The position numbers and the translations under genes were made by a program. From assembly GCA_964057225.1 (NCBI GenBank), contig OZ059894.1, positions 20,460,001 through 20,524,000 on the forward strand: a stretch of DNA of 64,000 nucleotides. Direction: 5' to 3'. Of this stretch, positions 1 through 11,934 are shown in pieces. Within the stretch, counting starts at the first letter, position 1; every line of letters begins with the position of its first letter. The stretch comes from Auanema rhodensis. Lineage: Eukaryota > Animalia > Nematoda. A model generated the notes under the pieces. The model ran no database searches and was not told the origin of the DNA. It was given only the letters and a program-made list of their open reading frames with translations.

Positions 1-22
1 GATATAAGTGTGAACTTATATC
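1..22. repeat. Inverted repeat 1: 9-bp arms, 4-nt spacer (in each monomer)
   Basis: GATATAAGT-gtga-ACTTATATC; the arms are exact reverse complements. It overlaps a second dyad, ATATCA-gt-TGATAT, at p18-31. Confidence 0.9.
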
Positions 23-173
23 AGTTGATATCTCGGTGCATTTTTAAGCTAGCGCAAATCTGATAACACAGATCGACGCAGCTTAAAAGTCCGCATCGAA
101 TGCACTATACTACATTGAGAAACGCTTAATACAAAAATTAGTTATGATCGTTTGAAAAATGATGCATTAGTGT

Positions 174-201
174 ATGTTGAGTTTCCATGTACACTCAACA
201 T
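174..201. repeat. Inverted repeat 3: 9-bp arms, 10-nt spacer (in each monomer)
   Basis: ATGTTGAGT-ttccatgtac-ACTCAACAT; the arms are exact reverse complements. Confidence 0.88.
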
Positions 202-390
202 TGCTTCCAAAAACATTTTGACAAAAATTTTTTCGAAACATTTCGAAATAATTTAGCAAAAAGTAGATGTTTTTAGATTCCTTTTTCTAAGGTAAAGACG
301 ATGGACAATGTTATTCAACGAAAAAATTAACTCTTCAGGGTGAAAATCGAGGATATAAGTGTGAACTTATATCAGTTGATATCTCGGTGC

Positions 391-441
391 ATTTTTAAGC
401 TAGCGCAAATCTGATAACACAGATCGACGCAGCTTAAAAAT
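391..441. repeat. Inverted repeat 2: long imperfect hairpin at p40-90 (shown for M2)
   Basis: ATTTTTAAGCT (p40-50) pairs with AGCTTAAAAAT (p80-90), GCG (52-54) with CGC (77-79), and ATCTG (58-62) with CAGAT (69-73), around a 6-nt loop ATAACA. An alternative pairing is GTGCATT (36-42) with AATGCAC (99-105). Confidence 0.88.
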
Positions 442-3400
442 CCGCATTGAATGCACTATACTACATTGAGAAACGCTTAATACAAAAATTAGTTATGATC
501 GTTTGAAAAATGATGCATTAGTGTATGTTGAGTTTCCATGTACACTCAACATTGCTTCCAAAAACATTTTGACAAAAATTTTTTCGAAAAATTTCAAAAT
601 AATTTAGCAAAAAGTAGATGTTTTTAGATTCCTTTTTTCAAGGCAAAGACGATGGACAATGTTATTCAACGAAAAAAATAATTCTTCAGGGTGAAAATCG
701 AAGATATAAGTGTGAACTTATATCAGTTGATATCTCGGTGCATTTTTAAGCTAGCGCACATCTGATAACCCAGATCGACGCAGCTTAAAAATCCGCATCG
801 AATGCACTGTACTACATTGAGAAACGCTTAATACAAAAATTAGTTATGATCGTTTGAAAAATGATGCATTAGTGTATGTTGAGTTTCCATGTACACTCAA
901 CATTGCTTCCAAAAACATTTTGACAAAAATTTTTTCGAAAAATTTCAAAATAATTTAGCAAAAAGTAGATGTTTTTAGATTCCTTTTTTCAAGGCAAAGA
1001 CGATGGACAATGTTATTCAACGAAAAAAATAATTCTTCAGGGTGAAAATCGAAGATATAAGTGTGAACTTATATCAGTTGATATCTCGGTGCATTTTTAA
1101 GCTAGCGCAAATCTGATAACACAGATCGACGCAGCTTAAAAATTCGCATCGAATGCACTATACTACATTGAGAAACGCTTAATACAAAAATTAGTTATGA
1201 TCGTTTGAAAAATGATGCATTAGTGTATGTTGAGTTTCCATGTACACTCAACATTGCTTCCAAAAACATTTTGACAAAAATTTTTTCGAAAAATTTCAAA
1301 ATAATTTAGCAGAAAGTAGATGTTTTTAGATTCCTTTTTTCAAGGCAAAGACGATGGACAATGTTATTCAACGAAAAAATTAACTCTTCAGGGTGAAAAT
1401 CGAGGATATAAGTGTGAACTTATATCAGTTGATATCTCGGTGCATTTTTAAGCTAGCGCAAATCTGATAACACAGATCGACGCAGCTTAAAAATCCGCAT
1501 CGAATGCACTATACTACATTGAGAAACGCTTAATACAAAAATTAGTTATGATCGTTTGAAAAATGATGCATTAGTGTATGTTGAGTTTCCATGTACACTC
1601 AACATTGCTTCCAAAAACATTTTGACAAAAATTTTTTCGAAAAATTTCAAAATAATTTAGCAGAAAGTAGATGTTTTTAGATTCCTTTTTTCAAGGCAAA
1701 GACGATGGACAATGTTATTCAACGAAAAAATTAACTCTTCAGGGTGAAAATCGAGGATATAAGTGTGAACTTATATCAGTTGATATCTCGGTGCATTTTT
1801 AAGCTAGCGCAAATCTGATAACACAGATCGACGCAGCTTAAAAATCCGCATCGAATGCACTATACTACATTGAGAAACGCTTAATACAAAAATTAGTTAT
1901 GATCGTTTGAAAAATGATGCATTAGTGTATGTTGAGTTTCCATGTACACTCAACATTGCTTCCAAAAACATTTTGACAAAAATTTTTTCGAAAAATTTCA
2001 AAATAATTTAGCAAAAAGTAGATGTTTTTAGATTCCTTTTTTCAAGGCAAAGACGATGGACAATGTTATTCAACGAAAAAAATAATTCTTCAGGGTGAAA
2101 ATCGAAGATATAAGTGTGAACTTATATCAGTTGATATCTCGGTGCATTTTTAAGCTAGCGCAAATCTGATAACACAGATCGACGCAGCTTAAAAATTCGC
2201 ATCGAATGCACTATACTACATTGAGAAACGCTTAATACAAAAATTAGTTATGATCGTTTGAAAAATGATGCATTAGTGTATGTTGAGTTTCCATGTACAC
2301 TCAACATTGCTTCCAAAAACATTTTGACAAAAATTTTTTCGAAAAATTTCAAAATAATTTAGCAGAAAGTAGATGTTTTTAGATTCCTTTTTTCAAGGCA
2401 AAGACGATGGACAATGTTATTCAACGAAAAAATTAATTCTTCAGGGTGAAAATCGAGGATATAAGTGTGAACTTATATCAGTTGATATCTCGGTGCATTT
2501 TTAAGCTAGCGCAAATCTGATAACACAGATCGACGCAGCTTAAAAGTCCGCATCGAATGCACTATACTACATTGAGAAACGCTTAATACAAAAATTAGTT
2601 ATGATCGTTTGAAAAATGATGCATTAGTGTATGTTGAGTTTCCATGTACACTCAACATTGCTTCCAAAAACATTTTGACAAAAATTTTTTCGAAACATTT
2701 CGAAATAATTTAGCAAAAAGTAGATGTTTTTAGATTCCTTTTTCTAAGGTAAAGACGATGGACAATGTTATTCAACGAAAAAATTAACTCTTCAGGGTGA
2801 AAATCGAGGATATAAGTGTGAACTTATATCAGTTGATATCTCGGTGCATTTTTAAGCTAGCGCAAATCTGATAACACAGATCGACGCAGCTTAAAAATCC
2901 GCATTGAATGCACTATACTACATTGAGAAACGCTTAATACAAAAATTAGTTATGATCGTTTGAAAAATGATGCATTAGTGTATGTTGAGTTTCCATGTAC
3001 ACTCAACATTGCTTCCAAAAACATTTTGACAAAAATTTTTTCGAAAAATTTCAAAATAATTTAGCAAAAAGTAGATGTTTTTAGATTCCTTTTTTCAAGG
3101 CAAAGACGATGGACAATGTTATTCAACGAAAAAAATAATTCTTCAGGGTGAAAATCGAAGATATAAGTGTGAACTTATATCAGTTGATATCTCGGTGCAT
3201 TTTTAAGCTAGCGCACATCTGATAACCCAGATCGACGCAGCTTAAAAATCCGCATCGAATGCACTGTACTACATTGAGAAACGCTTAATACAAAAATTAG
3301 TTATGATCGTTTGAAAAATGATGCATTAGTGTATGTTGAGTTTCCATGTACACTCAACATTGCTTCCAAAAACATTTTGACAAAAATTTTTTCGAAAAAT

Positions 3401-6318
3401 TTCAAAATAATTTAGCAAAAAGTAGATGTTTTTAGATTCCTTCTTTCAAGGCAAAGACGATGGACAATGTTATTCAACGAAAAAAATAATTCTTCAGGGT
3501 GAAAATCGAGGATATAAGTGTGAACTTATATCAGTTGATATCTCGGTGCATTTTTAAGCTAGCGCAAATCTGATAACACAGATCGACGCAGCTTAAAAAT
3601 CCGCATTGAATGCACTATACTACATTGAGAAACGCTTAATACAAAAATTAGTTATGATCGTTTGAAAAATGATGCATTAGTGTATGTTGAGTTTCCATGT
3701 ACACTCAACATTGCTTCCAAAAACATTTTGACAAAAATTTTTTCGAAAAATTTCAAAATAATTTAGCAAAAAGTAGATATTTTTAGATTCCTTTTTTCAA
3801 GGCAAAGACGATGGACAATGTTATTCAACGAAAAAAATAATTCTTCAGGGTGAAAATCGAGGATATAAGTGTGAACTTATATCAGTTGATATCTCGGTGC
3901 ATTTTTAAGCTAGCGCAAATCTGATAACACAGATCGACGCAGCTTAAAAATCCGCATTGAATGCACTATACTACATTGAGAAACGCTTAATACAAAAATT
4001 AGTTATGATCGTTTGAAAAATGATGCATTAGTGTATGTTGAGTTTCCATGTACACTCAACATTGCTTCCAAAAACATTTTGACAAAAATTTTTTCGAAAA
4101 ATTTCAAAATAATTTAGCAAAAAGTAGATATTTTTAGATTCCTTTTTTCAAGGCAAAGACGATGGACAATGTTATTCAACGAAAAAAATAATTCTTCAGG
4201 GTGAAAATCGAGGATATAAGTGTGAACTTATATCAGTTGATATCTCGGTGCATTTTTAAGCTAGCGCAAATCTGATAACACAGAACGACGCAGCTTAAAA
4301 ATCCGCATCGAATGCACTATACTACATTGAGAAACGCTTAATACAAAAATTAGTTATGATCGTTTGAAAAATGATGCATTAGTGTATGTTGAGTTTCCAT
4401 GTACACTCAACATTGCTTCCAAAAACATTTTGACAAAAATTTTTTCGAAACATTTCGAAATAATTTAGCAAAAAGTAGATGTTTTTAGATTCCTTTTTCT
4501 AAGGTAAAGACGATGGACAATGTTATTCAACGAAAAAATTAACTCTTCAGGGTGAAAATCGAGGATATAAGTGTGAACTTATATCAGTTGATATCTCGGT
4601 GCATTTTTAAGCTAGCGCAAATCTGATAACACAGATCGACGCAGCTTAAAAATCCGCATTGAATGCACTATACTACATTGAGAAACGCTTAATACAAAAA
4701 TTAGTTATGATCGTTTGAAAAATGATGCATTAGTGTATGTTGAGTTTCCATGTACACTCAACATTGCTTCCAAAAACATTTTGACAAAAATTTTTTCGAA
4801 AAATTTCAAAATAATTTAGCAAAAAGTAGATGTTTTTAGATTCCTTTTTTCAAGGCAAAGACGATGGACAATGTTATTCAACGAAAAAAATAATTCTTCA
4901 GGGTGAAAATCGAAGATATAAGTGTGAACTTATATCAGTTGATATCTCGGTGCATTTTTAAGCTAGCGCACATCTGATAACCCAGATCGACGCAGCTTAA
5001 AAATCCGCATCGAATGCACTGTACTACATTGAGAAACGCTTAATACAAAAATTAGTTATGATCGTTTGAAAAATGATGCATTAGTGTATGTTGAGTTTCC
5101 ATGTACACTCAACATTGCTTCCAAAAACATTTTGACAAAAATTTTTTCGAAAAATTTCAAAATAATTTAGCAGAAAGTAGATGTTTTTAGATTCCTTCTT
5201 TCAAGGCAAAGACGATGGACAATGTTATTCAACGAAAAAAATAATTCTTCAGGGTGAAAATCGAGGATATAAGTGTGAACTTATATCAGTTGATATCTCG
5301 GTGCATTTTTAAGCTAGCGCAAATCTGATAACACAGAACGACGCAGCTTAAAAATCCGCATCGAATGCACTATACTACATTGAGAAACGCTTAATACAAA
5401 AATTAGTTATGATCGTTTGAAAAATGATGCATTAGTGTATGTTGAGTTTCCATGTACACTCAACATTGCTTCCAAAAACATTTTGACAAAAATTTTTTCG
5501 AAACATTTCGAAATAATTTAGCAAAAAGTAGATGTTTTTAGATTCCTTTTTCTAAGGTAAAGACGATGGACAATGTTATTCAACGAAAAAATTAACTCTT
5601 CAGGGTGAAAATCGAGGATATAAGTGTGAACTTATATCAGTTGATATCTCGGTGCATTTTTAAGCTAGCGCAAATCTGATAACACAGATCGACGCAGCTT
5701 AAAAATCCGCATTGAATGCACTATACTACATTGAGAAACGCTTAATACAAAAATTAGTTATGATCGTTTGAAAAATGATGCATTAGTGTATGTTGAGTTT
5801 CCATGTACACTCAACATTGCTTCCAAAAACATTTTGACAAAAATTTTTTCGAAAAATTTCAAAATAATTTAGCAAAAAGTAGATGTTTTTAGATTCCTTT
5901 TTTCAAGGCAAAGACGATGGACAATGTTATTCAACGAAAAAAATAATTCTTCAGGGTGAAAATCGAAGATATAAGTGTGAACTTATATCAGTTGATATCT
6001 CGGTGCATTTTTAAGCTAGCGCACATCTGATAACCCAGATCGACGCAGCTTAAAAATCCGCATCGAATGCACTGTACTACATTGAGAAACGCTTGATACA
6101 AAAATTAGTTATGATCGTTTGAAAAATGATGCATTAGTGTATGTTGAGTTTCCATGTACACTCAACATTGCTTCCAAAAACATTTTGACAAAAATTTTTT
6201 CGAAAAATTTCAAAATAATTTAGCAAAAAGTAGATGTTTTTAGATTCCTTCTTTCAAGGCAAAGACGATGGACAATGTTATTCAACGAAAAAAATAATTC
6301 TTCAGGGTGAAAATCGAG

Positions 6319-9300
6319 GATATAAGTGTGAACTTATATCAGTTGATATCTCGGTGCATTTTTAAGCTAGCGCAAATCTGATAACACAGATCGACGCAGC
6401 TTAAAAATCCGCATTGAATGCACTATACTACATTGAGAAACGCTTAATACAAAAATTAGTTATGATCGTTTGAAAAATGATGCATTAGTGTATGTTGAGT
6501 TTCCATGTACACTCAACATTGCTTCCAAAAACATTTTGACAAAAATTTTTTCGAAAAATTTCAAAATAATTTAGCAAAAAGTAGATATTTTTAGATTCCT
6601 TTTTTCAAGGCAAAGACGATGGACAATGTTATTCAACGAAAAAAATAATTCTTCAGGGTGAAAATCGAGGATATAAGTGTGAACTTATATCAGTTGATAT
6701 CTCGGTGCATTTTTAAGCTAGCGCACATCTGATAACCCAGATCGACGCAGCTTAAAAATCCGCATCGAATGCACTGTACTACATTGAGAAACGCTTAATA
6801 CAAAAATTAGTTATGATCGTTTGAAAAATGATGCATTAGTGTATGTTGAGTTTCCATGTACACTCAACATTGCTTCCAAAAACATTTTGACAAAAATTTT
6901 TTCGAAAAATTTCAAAATAATTTAGCAAAAAGTAGATGTTTTTAGATTCCTTCTTTCAAGGCAAAGACGATGGACAATGTTATTCAACGAAAAAAATAAT
7001 TCTTCAGGGTGAAAATCGAGGATATAAGTGTGAACTTATATCAGTTGATATCTCGGTGCATTTTTAAGCTAGCGCAAATCTGATAACCCACATCGACGCA
7101 GCTTAAAAATCCGCATCGAATGCACTGTACTACATTTAGAAACGCTTAATACAAAAATTAGTTATGATCGGTTGAAAAATGATGCATTAGTGTATGTTGA
7201 GTTTCCATGTACACTCAACATTGCTTCCAAAAACATTTTGACAAAAATTTTTTCGAAAAATTTCAAAATAATTTAGCAAAAAGTAGATGTTTTTAGATTC
7301 CTTTTTTCAAGGTAAAGACGATGGACAATGTTATTCAACGAAAAAATTAACTCTTCAGGGTGAAAATCGAGGATATAAGTGTGAACTTATATCAGTTGAT
7401 ATCTCGGTGCATTTTTAAGCTAGCGCACATCTGATAACCCAGATCGACGCAGCTTAAAAATCCGCATCGAATGCACTGTACTACATTGAGAAACGCTTAA
7501 TACAAAAATTAGTTATGATCGTTTGAAAAATGATGCATTAGTGTATGTTGAGTTTCCATGTACACTCAACATTGCTTCCAAAAACATTTTGACAAAAATT
7601 TTTTCGAAAAATTTCAAAATAATTTAGCAAAAAGTAGATGTTTTTAGATTCCTTCTTTCAAGGCAAAGACGATGGACAATGTTATTCAACGAAAAAAATA
7701 ATTCTTCAGGGTGAAAATCGAGGATATAAGTGTGAACTTATATCAGTTGATATCTCGGTGCATTTTTAAGCTAGCGCAAATCTGATAACACAGATCGACG
7801 CAGCTTAAAAATCCGCATTGAATGCACTATACTACATTGAGAAACGCTTAATACAAAAATTAGTTATGATCGTTTGAAAAATGATGCATTAGTGTATGTT
7901 GAGTTTCCATGTACACTCAACATTGCTTCCAAAAACATTTTGACAAAAATTTTTTCGAAAAATTTCAAAATAATTTAGCAAAAAGTAGATGTTTTTAGAT
8001 TTCTTTTTTCAAGGCAAAGACGATGGACAATGTTATTCAACGAAAAAAATAATTCTTCAGGGTGAAAATCGAGGATATAAGGGTGAACTTATATCAGTTG
8101 ATATCTCGGTGCATTTTTAAGCTAGCGCACATCTGATAACCCAGATCGACGCAGCTTAAAAATCCGCATCGAATGCACTGTACTACATTGAGAAACGCTT
8201 AATACAAAAATTAGTTATGATCGTTTGAAAAATGATGCATTAGTGTATGTTGAGTTTCCATGTACACTCAACATTGCTTCCAAAAACATTTTGACAAAAA
8301 TTTTTTCGAAAAATTTCAAAATAATTTAGCAAAAAGTAGATGTTTTTAGATTCCTTCTTTCAAGGCAAAGACGATGGACAATGTTATTCAACGAAAAAAA
8401 TAATTCTTCAGGGTGAAAATCGAGGATATAAGTGTGAACTTATATCAGTTGATATCTCGGTGCATTTTTAAGCTAGCGCAAATCTGATAACACAGATCGA
8501 CGCAGCTTAAAAATCCGCATTGAATGCACTATACTACATTGAAAAACGCTTAATACAAAAATTAGTTATGATTGTTTGAAAAATGATGCATTAGTGTATG
8601 TTGAGTTTCCATGTACACTCAACATTGCTTCCAAAAACATTTTGACAAAAATTTTTTCGAAAAATTTCAAAATAATTTAGCAAAAAGTAGATGTTTTTAG
8701 ATTTCTTTTTTCAAGGCAAAGACGATGGACAATGTTATTCAACGAAAAAAATAATTCTTCAGGGTGAAAATCGAGGATATAAGGGTGAACTTATATCAGT
8801 TGATATCTCGGTGCATTTTTAAGCTAGCGCACATCTGATAACCCAGATCGACGCAGCTTAAAAATCCGCATCGAATGCACTGTACTACATTGAGAAACGC
8901 TTAATACAAAAATTAGTTATGATCGTTTGAAAAATGATGCATTAGTGTATGTTGAGTTTCCATGTACACTCAACATTGCTTCCAAAAACATTTTGACAAA
9001 AATTTTTTCGAAACATTTCAAAATAATTTAGCAAAAAGTAGATGTTTTTAGATTCCTTCTTTCAAGGCAAAGACGATGGACAATGTTATTCAACGAAAAA
9101 AATAATTCTTCAGGGTGAAAATCGAGGATATAAGTGTGAACTAATATCAGTTGATATCTCGGTGCATTTTTAAGCTAGCGCAAATCTGATAACACAGATC
9201 GACGCAGCTTAAAAATCCGCATCGAATGCACTATACTACATTGAGAAACGCTTAATACAAAAATTAGTTATGATCGTTTGAAAAATGATGCATTAGTGTA

Positions 9301-11934
9301 TGTTGAGTTTCCATGTACACTCAACATTGCTTCCAAAAACATTTTGACAAAAATTTTTTCGAAACATTTCAGAATAATTTAGCAAAAAGTAGATGTTTTT
9401 AGATTTCTTTTTTCAAGGTAAAGACGATGGACAATGTCATTCAACGAAAAAAATAATTCTTCAGGGTGAAAATCGAGGATATAAGGGTGAACTTATATCA
9501 GTTGATATCTCGGTGCATTTTTAAGCTAGCGCACATCTGATAACCCAGATCGACGCAGCTTAAAAATCCGCATCGAATGCACTGTACTACATTGAGAAAC
9601 GCTTAATACAAAAATTAGTTATGATCGTTTGAAAAATGATGCATTAGTGTATGTTGAGTTTCCATGTACACTCAACATTGCTTCCAAAAACATTTTGACA
9701 AAAATTTTTTCGAAAAATTTCAAAATAATTTAGCAAAAAGTAGATGTTTTTAGATTCCTTATTTCAAGGCAAAGACGATGGACAATGTTATTCAACGAAA
9801 AAAATAATTCTTCAGGGTGAAAATCGAGGATATAAGTGTGAACTTATATCAGTTGATATCTCGGTGCATTTTTAAGCTAGCGCAAATCTGATAACACAGA
9901 TCGACGCAGCTTAAAAATCCGCATTGAATGCACTATACTACATTGAGAAACGCTTAATACAAAAATTAGTTATGATCGTTTGAAAAATGATGCATTAGTG
10001 TATGTTGAGTTTCCATGTACACTCAACATTGCTTCCAAAAACATTTTGACAAAAATTTTTTCGAAAAATTTCAAAATAATTTAGCGAAAAGTAGATGTTT
10101 TTAGATTTCTTTTTTCAAGGCAAAGACGATGGACAATGTTATTCAACGAAAAAAATAATTCTTCAGGGTGAAAATCGAGGATATAAGGGTGAACTTATAT
10201 CAGTTGATATCTCGGTGCATTTTTAAGCTAGCGCACATCTGATAACCCAGATCGACGCAGCTTAAAAATCCGCATCGAATGCACTGTACTACATTGAGAA
10301 ACGCTTAATACAAAAATTAGTTATGATCGTTTGAAAAATGATGCATTAGTGTATGTTGAGTTTCCATGTACACTCAACATTGCTTCCAAAAACATTTTGA
10401 CAAAAATTTTTTCGAAAAATTTCAAAATAATTTAGCAAAAAGTAGATGTTTTTAGATTCCTTCTTTCAAGGCAAAGACGATGGACAATGTTATTCAACGA
10501 AAAAAATAATTCTTCAGGGTGAAAATCGAGGATATAAGTGTGAACTTATATCAGTTGATATCTCGGTGCATTTTTAAGCTAGCGCAAATCTGATAACACA
10601 GATCGACGCAGCTTAAAAATCCGCATTGAATGCACTATACTACATTGAAAAACGCTTAATACAAAAATTAGTTATGATCGTTTGAAAAATGATGCATTAG
10701 TGTATGTTGAGTTTCCATGTACACTCAACATTGCTTCCAAAAACATTTTGACAAAAATTTTTTCGAAAAATTTCAAAATAATTTAGCAAAAAGTAGATGT
10801 TTTTAGATTCCTTTTTTCAAGGCAAAGACGATGGACAATGTTATTCAACGAAAAAAATAATTCTTCAGGGTGAAAATCGAGGATATAAGGGTGAACTTAT
10901 ATCAGTTGATATCTCGGTGCATTTTTAAGCTAGCGCACATCTGATAACCCAGATCGACGCAGCTTAAAAATCCGCATCGAATGCACTGTACTACATTGAG
11001 AAACGCTTAATACAAAAATTAGTTATGATCGTTTGAAAAATGATGCATTAGTGTATGTTGAGTTTCCATGTACACTCAACATTGCTTCCAAAAACATTTT
11101 GACAAAAATTTTTTCGAAAAATTTCAAAATAATTTAGCAAAAAGTAGATGTTTTTAGATTCCTTCTTTCAAGGCAAAGACGATGGACAATGTTATTCAAC
11201 GAAAAAAATAATTCTTCAGGGTGAAAATCGAGGATATAAGTGTGAACTTATATCAGTTGATATCTCGGTGCATTTTTAAGCTAGCGCAAATCTGATAACA
11301 CAGATCGACGCAGCTTAAAAATCCGCATTGAATGCACTATACTACATTGAAAAACGCTTAATACAAAAATTAGTTATGATCGTTTGAAAAATGATGCATT
11401 AGTGTATGTTGAGTTTCCATGTACACTCAACATTGCTTCCAAAAACATTTTGACAAAAATTTTTTCGAAAAATTTCAAAATAATTTAGCAAAAAGTAGAT
11501 GTTTTTAGATTTCTTTTTTCAAGGCAAAGACGATGGACAATGTTATTCAACGAAAAAAATAATTCTTCAGGGTGAAAATCGAGGATATAAGGGTGAACTT
11601 ATATCAGTTGATATCTCGGTGCATTTTTAAGCTAGCGCACATCTGATAACCCAGATCGACGCAGCTTAAAAATCCGCATCGAATGCACTGTACTACATTG
11701 AGAAACGCTTAATACAAAAATTAGTTATGATCGTTTGAAAAATGATGCATTAGTGTATGTTGAGTTTCCATGTACACTCAACATTGCTTCCAAAAACATT
11801 TTGACAAAAATTTTTTCGAAAAATTTCAAAATAATTTAGCAAAAAGTAGATGTTTTTAGATTCCTTCTTTCAAGGCAAAGACGATGGACAATGTTATTCA
11901 ACGAAAAAAATAATTCTTCAGGGTGAAAATCGAG
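6319..11934. repeat. Dimeric higher-order repeat (702 bp)
   Basis: Every even monomer M20-M34 carries GCACATC/TAACCC/CTGTAC, plus AAGGGTG from M24 on. Odd monomers mostly carry GCATTGA; M21 and M27 are exceptions. Confidence 0.85.

Larger units (their letters stand above)
1..351 (+). repeat. Representative monomer (phase arbitrary)
   Basis: 113 G+C of 351 by hand count. Sites present once per typical monomer: EcoRV GATATC p27-32, NheI GCTAGC p48-53, NsiI ATGCAT p162-167, BsrGI TGTACA p188-193. Confidence 0.97.
1..6318. repeat. Left subdomain with a recurrent 3-monomer unit (1053 bp)
   Basis: The order [TTTCGAAATA + TTCTAAGGT], [GCATTGA + CGAAGAT], [GCACATC + TAACCC + CTGTAC] occurs at M1-3, M8-10, M13-15 and M16-18. 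Confidence 0.8.

Noticed and set aside
57-125. Hammerhead ribozyme as in newt, schistosome or cricket satellites (CTGATAA ... GAAAC)
   Set aside because: The core needs CUGANGA followed by stem II and GAAA. The sequence has CTGATAA on + and CTGATAT on -, and I could not build the three-stem junction. An Infernal search with Rfam hammerhead models would be decisive.
231-248. CENP-B box-like motif at TTCGAAAAATTTCAAA
   Set aside because: Only the TTCG....A half matches; the essential CGGG is absent.
1-351. Tandem 5S rRNA, tRNA, snRNA or spliced-leader RNA gene unit
   Set aside because: I recognised no 5S sequence, cloverleaf, pol III A/B boxes or SL leader (e.g. GGTTTAATTACCCAAGTTTGAG) on either strand.
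1-351. Monomer as an ancient dimer of ~175-bp subunits
   Set aside because: The two halves show no alignable similarity by eye beyond A/T runs.
1-351. Assignment to a known similar-sized satellite (Drosophila 359-bp 1.688 family, Tribolium ~360-bp TCAST)
   Set aside because: Only length and AT-richness are similar. I could not recognise diagnostic sequence, so no name is given.
391-441. Rho-independent terminator or conserved pre-miRNA hairpin
   Set aside because: The stem is AT-rich with no gene context. Variants in the 3' arm and inner stem disrupt pairing without compensation.
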